Assembly (NCBI RefSeq): GCF_905203285.1
Contig: NZ_CAJKVK010000001.1
Location: 10,802 to 74,801, forward strand
From: an uncultured Succinatimonas sp.
GTDB taxonomy: Bacteria > Pseudomonadota > Gammaproteobacteria > Enterobacterales > Succinivibrionaceae
Direction: 5' to 3'
Length of the DNA stretch: 64,000 nucleotides
The translations under genes were made by a program, and so were the position numbers. Under the pieces are notes generated by a model. That model was not told the DNA's origin, did no database searches, and saw only the letters and a program-made list of their open reading frames with translations. The number at the start of each line of letters is the position of its first letter. Within the stretch, counting starts at the first letter, position 1. Of this stretch, positions 38,195 through 46,787 are shown one piece after another.

Positions 38195-39427
38195 CTAAAT
38201 ATCTTCTAGTTGTTGTAATGGAACAAAAAGTTTTTTATAAATTTGTTCTATGTCTGTTGAAACATCTACAATAGTTGCCATTTCTTCGGAAATACATTCT
38301 GAAAGATAATATTTACATGTGTCGGCAATTTCATATTTTCCTGCAAAAACTTGAATTGCCCTTAAAAAATAAGGACTATGTGTATTTAGTAACACATGCA
38401 AATTAAATTCTTTTTGTAAAAGGACAATTAATTCAGCCAGAAGCAATTGCCATTGCGGATGCAAATGTGTTTCCGGCTCGTCCAGTATTATTACACCATT
38501 ATAGTTTATAGCATTGTTTAATAATAAGGTCTTTAAAATAACAAAGGTCTTAAGACCGGTTGAAAGATTTCGAATATCTAATAATTTACCGTTTTCTTGG
38601 AATTTAAAGATATTATTTTTATCCCGAACAATTCTTCCTTTACAGGTTTTTTCAATTAAAGTAAAAATATTTTCTAATTTATTGCTATTAATTAATTCAT
38701 CTAATAAGTTGTTATTTTTTGATTCTAATTTCTTAAGTAAGTGTATTTTGTGTTTAAAACTATCAAAGTAAGGAACAGGTAAAGAATCAATAATTGAGAA
38801 GTCATCAATATAAATAGCTTCGTTTATGATATCAAAATTTATTGTTTTTTGTATGGATTTAACAATATTGTTATTGAATTCAAGTTTGATGCTATTATCT
38901 TTTAACTGTAATTTAATATAATTAGATTCGCTGTTAAATATATTACTAACTTGATTGTTAAACTCATAATTAATATTTTTTGTTAACACTAATTTAGTTA
39001 ATTCGTCATCAGTAATATTTAATGTTTCAAGAATTATATTGATAATATCTTTAAATGTTGAGTCTGATATTTCCTTATCTGTATAAATATCAAGATCACA
39101 TAAATTTATAATATCTTTTTGTAATGTATTATAATTATATGGATTATTTTTATTGTTTGAAATTAATGTTGAAGCAATATTTTCCAATGCTTCTTGTGTA
39201 AAGTTAGGCCTTTTCTGAATAATTACAAAAGACAATCTATTTATTATACTGTTTATTCTCTCGCTCTTTACTTTTTGTTCTAAAGAAAAGAAAGAGTTAA
39301 AAGTGGAAAACAGCGCTCTACTTACAGTGCTTTTACCTGTGTTGTTTTCACCTGCAATAACTGTAATTCCGTTTATTTCAATTTTAGCTTGCTTAAGTTT
39401 TCCGATATTTTTTAATGATAATTGCAT
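38195..39427 (-). CDS. ABC/SMC-like ATPase (AAA_21/AAA_15 type) of the kind found in OLD, PARIS AriA, Septu PtuA, Gabija GajA and RloA modules
   Basis: Walker A GENNTGKST, signature-like LSTGLK, Walker B plus D-loop ILDEPETHLHP, and an H-loop in NTHSPYF. 410 aa. Strongly AT-rich coding sequence. Confidence 0.8.
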   Translation of the reverse strand: MQLSLKNIGKLKQAKIEINGITVIAGENNTGKSTVSRALFSTFNSFFSLEQKVKSERINSIINRLSFVIIQKRPNFTQEALENIASTLISNNKNNPYNYNTLQKDIINLCDLDIYTDKEISDSTFKDIINIILETLNITDDELTKLVLTKNINYEFNNQVSNIFNSESNYIKLQLKDNSIKLEFNNNIVKSIQKTINFDIINEAIYIDDFSIIDSLPVPYFDSFKHKIHLLKKLESKNNNLLDELINSNKLENIFTLIEKTCKGRIVRDKNNIFKFQENGKLLDIRNLSTGLKTFVILKTLLLNNAINYNGVIILDEPETHLHPQWQLLLAELIVLLQKEFNLHVLLNTHSPYFLRAIQVFAGKYEIADTCKYYLSECISEEMATIVDVSTDIEQIYKKLFVPLQQLEDI

Positions 39428-39475
39428 ATTATTATCTCAATTAATTTTAAGCGTATGTTCGCTTAATTATTTACA

Positions 39476-41491
39476 TTATAGCAGTCCCTTTAACATATTA
39501 AGTCCTCTATCAAGCATCATATCGCTTTCTTCTTTATCAATTTTTTTAGGAGCCCCTAAAAATTCACGCGCAAGATCTTCCTGCGGCATTTCGGCGATAA
39601 ACCGGCTGGGCTCATTTGCAGTTGCTTCACGTCCTCTTTTTCTTTCGCGGCAATAGGTAATGGTAAGCTCTACTTTTGCGCGAGTTACTCCTACATAAGC
39701 AAGGCGTCTTTCTTCTTCGATGCCGTTTGGCAGATCAAGGCTGTTGCGGTGCGGGAGGATCCCCTCCTCCAAGCCGATTAGAAAGACGTACGGAAATTCA
39801 AGTCCCTTGGCCGAATGTAATGTCATAAGCTGGACAGCGTCGTTTTCAGATCCGTCCTCATTTTTATCCATCATTTCGCGAAGACCGAGCTTGTCTACGG
39901 CTTGCGAGAATAATAAAGGAGGCTCTCCGCGGCGGCCTTTTACCAAATCTTCTATCCAGCTCATTAAAGTACGGACATTTTTTATTTTGACGTCAACGCT
40001 TTTATCGTTGGCTCCCGTTCCTCTTAGATAGCCTTCGTAACCGATAATATCAATAAGCTTTTGAGCAAGCTGCAAATCCTGATGAGTCTTAAGAAGATTT
40101 TTTAAGCTGTTATACAGCTCTAAAAAAGATGTAATAGATTTGTTTTGACTGGAGGAAAGCTTGGCGTAAAGCTGTTTTGAACGTAAAGCAGTATATAGAT
40201 TTACCGAATACTCCGAGGCAACTGATGCTATGGTGCTTAAAGTTTCAGCACCGATGCCGCGGCGCGGAATATTGATAATTCTAAGTAGGGCAGCATTATC
40301 GCCTTCATTTGAAAGCAAGCGGCACCAGGCGAGGATATCCTTTACTTCCATCATGTCAAAAAAGCTGCTGCCTCCGGTTATAACGCAAGGGATACGGGCA
40401 GAGCGGAAAGCTTTTTCAATGCTGCGTGACTGAGTGTTGCTGCGATAAAGTACGGCATAATCTCGCCACGGTTTACGGTATAAATAGCGGTGCTTTAAGA
40501 TTTCAGAAGCGACTCTTTCGCTTTCAGCGTTTTCATCCTGTACTTCAATGACGGCAATTTTTTTGCCTTCATCCAAGTTTGAAAATAATGATTTTTTAAA
40601 TAAGTGCTCATTGTTTTCAATGATTTTGTTGGCGCAATGCAGAATTCTTCCTGAAGAACGGTAATTTTGCTCAAGCTTAATAACTTTCAGATCAGGAAAA
40701 TCTTGCGCCAATATGTTGATATTTTCCGGACGGGCACCACGCCAGGAATAAATAGACTGATCGTCATCGCCTACTACAGTAAAACGGCGTCTTTTGCTTA
40801 CCAACACTTTTAGCAGTTCATATTGAGTAGTATTTGTATCCTGATACTCATCGACAAGAACATAGCGAAAATAATTTTCCCATTTGGAGGCTGTTTCCCG
40901 GTCGCTTTTTAGAAGTCTTGTGGTTAAAAAAATCAAATCATCAAAGTCAGCGGCGTTACAGGCTTTAAGGTAAGCTTGATATTCTTCGTAAAGAGAAGAC
41001 AGCGTTGTCTTCGGTACTATGTCTTGAGGGGTTTTTAATTCACCTTTCCATAAAGAAATTTGCTGCAGTGCATCAAAAATGCAGTCTCGCTCGGATTTAC
41101 CGTCAAGCATTAAAGGGTAATTTTCTCGAATAAGATCGCGCACGATTTTAAATTGATCAGATTCGTCAAATAAGGTGAAATTGCGTTTAAGCCCGACTTT
41201 ATTATGTTCTACGCGCAAAATGCCGAGGCCTAAAGAATGGAAAGTTGAAATCCAGATCTCTTTTGCAGATTCCTGACCTAATTCCTGAGCTACTCGTTCT
41301 CGCATTTCCGCCGCGGCCTTATTGGTAAAAGTGACAGCGCAGACGGTTTTTGCAGGAAGTTTATGTCCGGTTATCAGGTTAACAATTTTGGCGGTAATTA
41401 CTCGGGTTTTTCCGGATCCGGCTCCGGCTAAAACCAGACATGGCCCGTCAATATAAGTGACGGCCTGCTGTTGGGCATCGTTAAGTCGCAT
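39476..41491 (-). CDS. rep: ATP-dependent DNA helicase Rep
   Basis: MRLNDAQQQAVTYIDGPCLVLAGAGSGKTRVIT... is near-collinear with E. coli Rep. 671 aa of the UvrD/Rep SF1 family. Confidence 0.92.
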   Translation of the reverse strand: MRLNDAQQQAVTYIDGPCLVLAGAGSGKTRVITAKIVNLITGHKLPAKTVCAVTFTNKAAAEMRERVAQELGQESAKEIWISTFHSLGLGILRVEHNKVGLKRNFTLFDESDQFKIVRDLIRENYPLMLDGKSERDCIFDALQQISLWKGELKTPQDIVPKTTLSSLYEEYQAYLKACNAADFDDLIFLTTRLLKSDRETASKWENYFRYVLVDEYQDTNTTQYELLKVLVSKRRRFTVVGDDDQSIYSWRGARPENINILAQDFPDLKVIKLEQNYRSSGRILHCANKIIENNEHLFKKSLFSNLDEGKKIAVIEVQDENAESERVASEILKHRYLYRKPWRDYAVLYRSNTQSRSIEKAFRSARIPCVITGGSSFFDMMEVKDILAWCRLLSNEGDNAALLRIINIPRRGIGAETLSTIASVASEYSVNLYTALRSKQLYAKLSSSQNKSITSFLELYNSLKNLLKTHQDLQLAQKLIDIIGYEGYLRGTGANDKSVDVKIKNVRTLMSWIEDLVKGRRGEPPLLFSQAVDKLGLREMMDKNEDGSENDAVQLMTLHSAKGLEFPYVFLIGLEEGILPHRNSLDLPNGIEEERRLAYVGVTRAKVELTITYCRERKRGREATANEPSRFIAEMPQEDLAREFLGAPKKIDKEESDMMLDRGLNMLKGLL

Positions 41492-41492
41492 A

Positions 41493-43427
41493 TTAGTAAA
41501 TGGAGAATTTCTGATCTCGTCCTAAAAGATCATAGGTAAAGAAACTAAGATCGTTTTTATCATTCATCGAAACTTCAATGTTTTGAAGGGCATAGGCTTC
41601 AGCCGTAAGAGTTTCGTTTTCATTGCACAGGCTTATAAACGGCGTTTTTAATTCAGCGCTTAATGAAGAAAGGTTCATTAAGCAATTTCTAAGTTCTGAT
41701 GAAGTTAACCCGGTTAAATCTATTATCGGACAGAAATTCTTTTCTCCCTGAAGATATAAAGCTCCGACCGCTTCTTCAATAGCTTGCGGCAGATCGTCCG
41801 TGTTTTGGATTTCAAGAAGTTTAGCTCGATTCCATGGAGCAAAGACAGCTCCGTCATCATAATGCTCACGGCGTTTTAACAAGGAGCAAACCATATTCCA
41901 TTGTTCTTTGGTACCGACGTAAATAATGCGCATGTCGGTTTGGACTTTGGCACTGATTATTTCAGCGACAAGCCGCTTTAAGATCACGCTGCGTCCTGAC
42001 AAGGAGTAAAGGCATGGGGATAATTGCAGGGAATACAAAGCAACTGCGGATAATACCGGAGAGTACGTTTTAGGCTGCAGCGGAACGGTTTGCAAAGAAA
42101 AAGATAAAAGACGTTCAAGATTATTAAGTCTTGTAAGCAGCGTTTCTCTATCTTTGCACAAGGCCTCATTCGGATCTTTATAGGGAAAAGCAAGATTGAT
42201 GCGCTTAAACGGGATATGCATATATTCAAGGCCTTGAGCCAATGAAGCTGCCGCCTCAGCGCCGGCCTTGTCGTCATCAAGAGCTATATAAAACATTCTT
42301 TCATAGACAGGATGTTCTTGAATGTAGTCAAGGAGCTTACGGATATTTGAGACTCCGCCTAAGCTTACGGCACTATAGCCCAATGTTTCGATACTTAAAG
42401 CGTCAAATTCGCCTTCGGTGATAAAGATCATGCCGGGTTTATCTAAAGCATTTTGATTAAAAATTCCGGCAGATCCTTGTTTCCTGATGCGATCTTTACT
42501 GCGTGAATCGGTATTTCGCGCCATATAGGCAGTTTCGCTGTAAGGAATAATTACTGCCTGCCAGACGATTTTATCTCCGGTTCGCGGATCGATTCCGGCG
42601 GTGAAATCATTATCAAAACCAAGACGGAATTTTTCTGCTACCGTTTCTGAAATTCCTCTTAATCTGAAATAGTCGGTTTGTAAACGGCGGCTTGCGCATT
42701 GCTTTAAATATTCTGTGTAATTGTGTCTTACTTCAGTTCTGAAATCCGAAAAGTGGCTGTCGCTTTGTCCAAAAGTGTTTTTGTTTCCTGATCCGATAGC
42801 GTTAAAGTTGTCTCTTACGCCAAAAACAGCGCCTTGAGTAGGGTGAAAGGAGCTGCGGGCTGAATTGTTAAGATCTTGAGAATCGTCATTTAGCGGATCA
42901 AAATTATGGAATAAAGGATCATTTTCGTCTCGTTTGTGGATAGAAAAATCATTAAAAGGAACAGTATTTGCCTTATCGTTTTCATCACGAAAATTACTGT
43001 CGGCAATACCGAAGCTTACGGGACCGGGAGTTTTTCCTGAGGTAAAATCAAGATTGTCATCTGCTTCGTCATTATCATGAAGTCTGAAGTCGTTTTGTTT
43101 TTCTTGTCCGCTAAAATCGTCGTTAGCTTCAATAAATTCGTTATCTCCGGTGCTTAAAAACAATTCACAGGCTTTATCAAATTGATCTTTAAAATCAGAA
43201 AGACCGAAGTCCAGACCGATAATTTCGAAAATATCGTAGGTTGCATTACAGCTAAAGCAATGAACGGTTTGATTCTTCGGGTTATAGCTCATGCTCGGAT
43301 GGATATCTTGATGATTAGGATTCAAGCAGCGAAAAGGAGCATTAATATTAATGCCTTTGTTGCGCAGATACTCAGGAAGTTGTGTTTTAAGATATTCTTT
43401 GGTTTTGGCAAAATCGTTGTATAACAT
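41493..43427 (-). CDS. primase-like protein with an N-terminal CHC2 zinc finger, a low-complexity D/N/F-rich linker, a DnaG-type TOPRIM domain and an uncharacterised C-terminal domain
   Basis: CHC2 zinc finger in CLNPNHQDIHPSMSYNPKNQTVHCFSCN. YLKQCASRRLQTDYFRLRGISETVAEKFRLGFD resembles the DnaG linker. TOPRIM motifs in IFITEGEFDALS and YIALDDDKAGAEAA. Confidence 0.7.
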   Translation of the reverse strand: MLYNDFAKTKEYLKTQLPEYLRNKGININAPFRCLNPNHQDIHPSMSYNPKNQTVHCFSCNATYDIFEIIGLDFGLSDFKDQFDKACELFLSTGDNEFIEANDDFSGQEKQNDFRLHDNDEADDNLDFTSGKTPGPVSFGIADSNFRDENDKANTVPFNDFSIHKRDENDPLFHNFDPLNDDSQDLNNSARSSFHPTQGAVFGVRDNFNAIGSGNKNTFGQSDSHFSDFRTEVRHNYTEYLKQCASRRLQTDYFRLRGISETVAEKFRLGFDNDFTAGIDPRTGDKIVWQAVIIPYSETAYMARNTDSRSKDRIRKQGSAGIFNQNALDKPGMIFITEGEFDALSIETLGYSAVSLGGVSNIRKLLDYIQEHPVYERMFYIALDDDKAGAEAAASLAQGLEYMHIPFKRINLAFPYKDPNEALCKDRETLLTRLNNLERLLSFSLQTVPLQPKTYSPVLSAVALYSLQLSPCLYSLSGRSVILKRLVAEIISAKVQTDMRIIYVGTKEQWNMVCSLLKRREHYDDGAVFAPWNRAKLLEIQNTDDLPQAIEEAVGALYLQGEKNFCPIIDLTGLTSSELRNCLMNLSSLSAELKTPFISLCNENETLTAEAYALQNIEVSMNDKNDLSFFTYDLLGRDQKFSIY

Positions 43428-43429
43428 TT

Positions 43430-44206
43430 TTAAGCCTGTTTAACTATTTTATTTAAAAGCCAAGAAGCCATCAAAAGGCCTGCTGAAGCGGTTACTGCCA
43501 TTGCGGCTCCGAATTTGGGCAAGTCAGAAGCTTCCTTATCTGAATAAATGGGAGCTTCAGATGAATACGTACAGAAGACATCCATTTTTTCTCCGTTTTT
43601 AGGAAAATTATAGTGGCGTCTTAATTCGGTTCTAAGCCTTGAAATTAATGCGTCTCCATGGGCATTTGCGATATCGTCGATTTTAAGTTTGCCAGGATCG
43701 ACTCGTCCGCCTGCACCTCCTGAGACAATAAAAGTTTTATTCTTTTTATAAAGATAGTCAACTAAAAAAGCTTTAGCTTGCAGATCGTCAATGGCATCTG
43801 CAATAAATTGCGGACAATCTTTTAGGATTTCAGGAATATTTTCCTTTGTAAGCGTTGTTTCAACCGTATGGATTTTTATTTCGGGATTAATAGTAATAAG
43901 TCTGTCTTTTAATGCTCTGACTTTATATTGATTTAAAGTTAAATCCGTAGTGTGCAATTGTCGGTTGGTGTTGCCAAGCTCAATAGTATCAGGATCTATT
44001 AAAGTTAAAGTTCCAACTCCTGAGCGGCAAAGCGCTTCAGTAAGCCAAGAACCGACGCCGCCGCAGCCAATGACCATGACGTGGGCAGTTTGTAATTTTT
44101 TAAAACCTTCTTCCCCGTAAAGAGCGCGGATCCCGCGAAAACGTACAGATAATTCGTGCAAAATGAATATCCTTGTAGTGCTATTGACTTGTGAGCATTT
44201 TAACAA
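43430..44206 (-). CDS. tcdA: tRNA threonylcarbamoyladenosine dehydratase (E1-like, ThiF/MoeB fold)
   Basis: 258 aa. Rossmann motif VMVIGCGGVGSW. Matches TcdA/CsdL length and fold. Confidence 0.8.
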   Translation of the reverse strand: MLKCSQVNSTTRIFILHELSVRFRGIRALYGEEGFKKLQTAHVMVIGCGGVGSWLTEALCRSGVGTLTLIDPDTIELGNTNRQLHTTDLTLNQYKVRALKDRLITINPEIKIHTVETTLTKENIPEILKDCPQFIADAIDDLQAKAFLVDYLYKKNKTFIVSGGAGGRVDPGKLKIDDIANAHGDALISRLRTELRRHYNFPKNGEKMDVFCTYSSEAPIYSDKEASDLPKFGAAMAVTASAGLLMASWLLNKIVKQA

Positions 44207-44284
44207 AAGATTTTTGAGAACTTAGCTTCACAAAGCGAAATATCCTGATATAATGTGCAAACTTGACAACCGAATGTATCGAAC

Positions 44285-44361
44285 GGTCCCGTAGCTCAGT
44301 TGGATAGAGTATCGGTTTCCGAAGCCGAGGGTCATGAGTTCGAATCTCATCGGGATCGCCA
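44285..44361 (+). tRNA. tRNA-Arg (anticodon CCG)
   Basis: Manual cloverleaf fold. Acceptor stem GGTCCCG/CGGGATC, anticodon loop TTCCGAA, T-arm GGTTCGAATCC-like (GAGTTCGAATCTC), 3' CCA encoded. Confidence 0.85.
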
Positions 44362-44377
44362 GTCAAGCTTCTCTAAT

Positions 44378-44462
44378 GCGAAAGTGGCGAAATTGGTAGA
44401 CGCGCTAGCTTCAGGTGCTAGTACCGCAAGGCGTGAGGGTTCGAGTCCCTCCTTTCGCACCA
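44378..44462 (+). tRNA. tRNA-Leu (anticodon CAG)
   Basis: Acceptor stem GCGAAAG/CTTTCGC, anticodon loop TTCAGGT, long variable arm, T-arm GGTTCGAGTCC, 3' CCA encoded. Confidence 0.85.
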
Positions 44463-44548
44463 CCTTTATTTCCCTGACTTTGATTAAAAGTTTCGCTCCG
44501 GAGATTTCGGGGTGTGAAAAACTTTTGTCTTAATTTTAAGTAAGAGAA

Positions 44549-44578
44549 CTCGGCTTCTTATTTTTAAGTGAAGCCGAG
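44549..44578. terminator. stem-loop (9-bp stem CTCGGCTTC/GAAGCCGAG) between the tRNA pair and the convergent NSS transporter gene. Probable bidirectional terminator
   Basis: Seen directly in the sequence. A/T-rich flanks lie on both sides. Confidence 0.5.
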
Positions 44579-44587
44579 ATAATTTGA

Positions 44588-45973
44588 TTAGATGATATTA
44601 AGTTCTGATAAGAACACTAAAAGAATTAAAACCGGTACTACAAAGCGTACGGCGAATAAAAATAGTCTTAATCCTTTAAATCTTACCAATCCGTGACTTG
44701 TAAGTTCTACCCATAAAGGACGGATTTTAAGCTTCCATCCGACAAATAATGCAAAGAATGCAGCAGCAATCGGCAGCATGATCTTGGCGGTAAAGAAGTC
44801 AAAGAAATCGAAGATGACCATATCCGCAATCTTAAAGTCGCCAAGCGGACCCATGGATAGGGAACAGACGCAGCCTAATAAGATAGTGGATACTGATACC
44901 ATAACCGCAGCTTTATGACGGGAAGGACCGAATGTTTCAGAAATAAAGGCGGTAATTACTTCATGTAGTGAAATCGTTGAGGTAATGGTTGCAAAAACCA
45001 AAAGCAGGTAAAAGAGAACGGGAACGAGCCATGCAAGAATAGGACTGCCGCTTAAGGCTGAATTAAAGATATTGGGTAAAGCGATAAACACAAGGCTCGG
45101 TCCTTGTCCCGGCTCCATGCCTTGGACGGAAAATACCGCCGGGAAAATAATAATGCCGGCCATAATGGCAACGAAAGTATCCATACAGCCTACGGTAATG
45201 GCGGTTTTAGGCAAATTGGCGTCTTTTCTAAAATATGAAGCGTATGTACATAAACAGCCCATGCCCAAGCTTAAAGAGAAAAAGCATTGACCTAATGCCG
45301 ACAATACTACTTTTGAATTTATTGCGCTAAAGTCCGGATGGAATAAGAAATAAAGTCCTTGTTTTGCTCCCGGCATGGTTAAAGCGCTTATCGCCAGCAC
45401 TATAACGATGATAAACAATGCCGGCATAAAAATTTTAGCTGATTTTTCAATACCTTTTTCAACTCCGCGCATGATAATCACGTGAGTGAGAAGCATAAAA
45501 ATCACTAAAAATAAAATCGGTTTTAACGGATCGGAAACAAATTCCATGAAGTTTACGGAAAAGGGATTTGCTCCGCCCGGAGTCATGGTCCCTGCAAGTT
45601 CAATAAATGTTCCGGTAACGGCTTCATATAGATACGCAAGAGTCCATCCGGCTACTACGTTGTAATAAGACAAAATCAAGAAAGCAGCCAATACGGAAAA
45701 GCGTCCTAACCATTTCCAATTAGTATTAGGAGCCAATACCATAAAAGCGCTTCCGGTATTAGCGCGAGAGTGTCTTCCGATAACGCATTCGGCAAGCATC
45801 AAAGGCAAGCCTAAGCAAATTACGCATAGCAAATAGACAAGAATAAAAGCGCTGCCGCCGTTTTCACCGGCTTGGGTAGGAAATCTCCAGATATTGCCAA
45901 GACCAACTGCAGATCCTGCTGCTGCCAGAATGATGCCTAATTTGGAGCCGAAACTTCCTCTTGTTGAACTCAT
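44588..45973 (-). CDS. sodium-dependent transporter, NSS (neurotransmitter:sodium symporter) family
   Basis: N-terminal GLGNIWRFP motif. 461 aa with about 11-12 TM segments. Confidence 0.88.
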   Translation of the reverse strand: MSSTRGSFGSKLGIILAAAGSAVGLGNIWRFPTQAGENGGSAFILVYLLCVICLGLPLMLAECVIGRHSRANTGSAFMVLAPNTNWKWLGRFSVLAAFLILSYYNVVAGWTLAYLYEAVTGTFIELAGTMTPGGANPFSVNFMEFVSDPLKPILFLVIFMLLTHVIIMRGVEKGIEKSAKIFMPALFIIVIVLAISALTMPGAKQGLYFLFHPDFSAINSKVVLSALGQCFFSLSLGMGCLCTYASYFRKDANLPKTAITVGCMDTFVAIMAGIIIFPAVFSVQGMEPGQGPSLVFIALPNIFNSALSGSPILAWLVPVLFYLLLVFATITSTISLHEVITAFISETFGPSRHKAAVMVSVSTILLGCVCSLSMGPLGDFKIADMVIFDFFDFFTAKIMLPIAAAFFALFVGWKLKIRPLWVELTSHGLVRFKGLRLFLFAVRFVVPVLILLVFLSELNII

Positions 45974-46053
45974 CGGTAAATCTCCGCACTAAAAATAAAA
46001 AAAGATGAAGCTTTATTAAGCTTCATCGTTATTTAAATCAAAATTTGTTGTTA

Positions 46054-46575
46054 TTAATCTTTTGCTTTAAGACCAAAAGCCGGTCTTATTTGTTCGCACC
46101 ACTTTTTGATTCGTTCATCTGTAAGATCTGACTGATTATCTTCATCTATTGCCAGGCCTACGAAGTGGTCATGATCAAGAAGCGGCAGCGGGCTTGTAAA
46201 ATCATATCCGACAGTCGGCCAGAAACCGATGAATTTTGCGCCGCGGAATTGGAAAGTTTCATAAAGCATTCCCATGCCGTCAAGGAAGGTATCAGGATAG
46301 CCGATTTGATCGCCAGTTCCGAAAAGGGCAACGGTTTTTCCTTCAAAGTTCATGGTTTGCAGTTTCGGCATGAAATTGTCCCAGTCTTCCTGTAACTCGC
46401 CGATACTCCAGGTTGAAGTTCCGATAATCAATTTGTCGTATTTGTCCATCTGCTCACCGTCGCAGCAGATATTGTGCAAATCTACATTATCACGCCCTAA
46501 CTCATTGGCTATTTTTTCTGCAATCATTCCGGTTATTCCGGTGTAAGTACCATAAAAAAGACCGATCTTATCCAT
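46054..46575 (-). CDS. fldA: long-chain flavodoxin
   Basis: GLFYGTYTGITG FMN phosphate-binding loop. 173 aa. Confidence 0.88.
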   Translation of the reverse strand: MDKIGLFYGTYTGITGMIAEKIANELGRDNVDLHNICCDGEQMDKYDKLIIGTSTWSIGELQEDWDNFMPKLQTMNFEGKTVALFGTGDQIGYPDTFLDGMGMLYETFQFRGAKFIGFWPTVGYDFTSPLPLLDHDHFVGLAIDEDNQSDLTDERIKKWCEQIRPAFGLKAKD

Positions 46576-46787
46576 AACTTTCTCGACTTTTGTGTAAATG
46601 ATTTTGGCAATATCAAATTAACTTTTGCTCAAATAACATTTGCGCTTATCTGATTGTAATTAATTTTCGGTGAAAATGAAATTTGTTGCAAAGCATTATC
46701 AAAAATGTAAATTTTTATCTTAATGCGAATTTCTGTCAACATCTTTTTGTTAAGTCATGTATCCTATTGCAAAAAAGAGAGGTGGAT

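Noticed and set aside
43430-44600. Integrated phage or island at the tRNA-Arg/tRNA-Leu pair
   Set aside because: No integrase, excisionase or other phage gene is present, and no direct repeat of a tRNA 3' end is found. The flanking genes are housekeeping or single oddities.
46576-46787. Possible Fur box upstream of fldA (GATAATG-like words)
   Set aside because: Only partial matches to the 19-bp Fur consensus. AT-rich intergenic sequence gives such matches by chance, and no fur gene lies downstream of fldA here.
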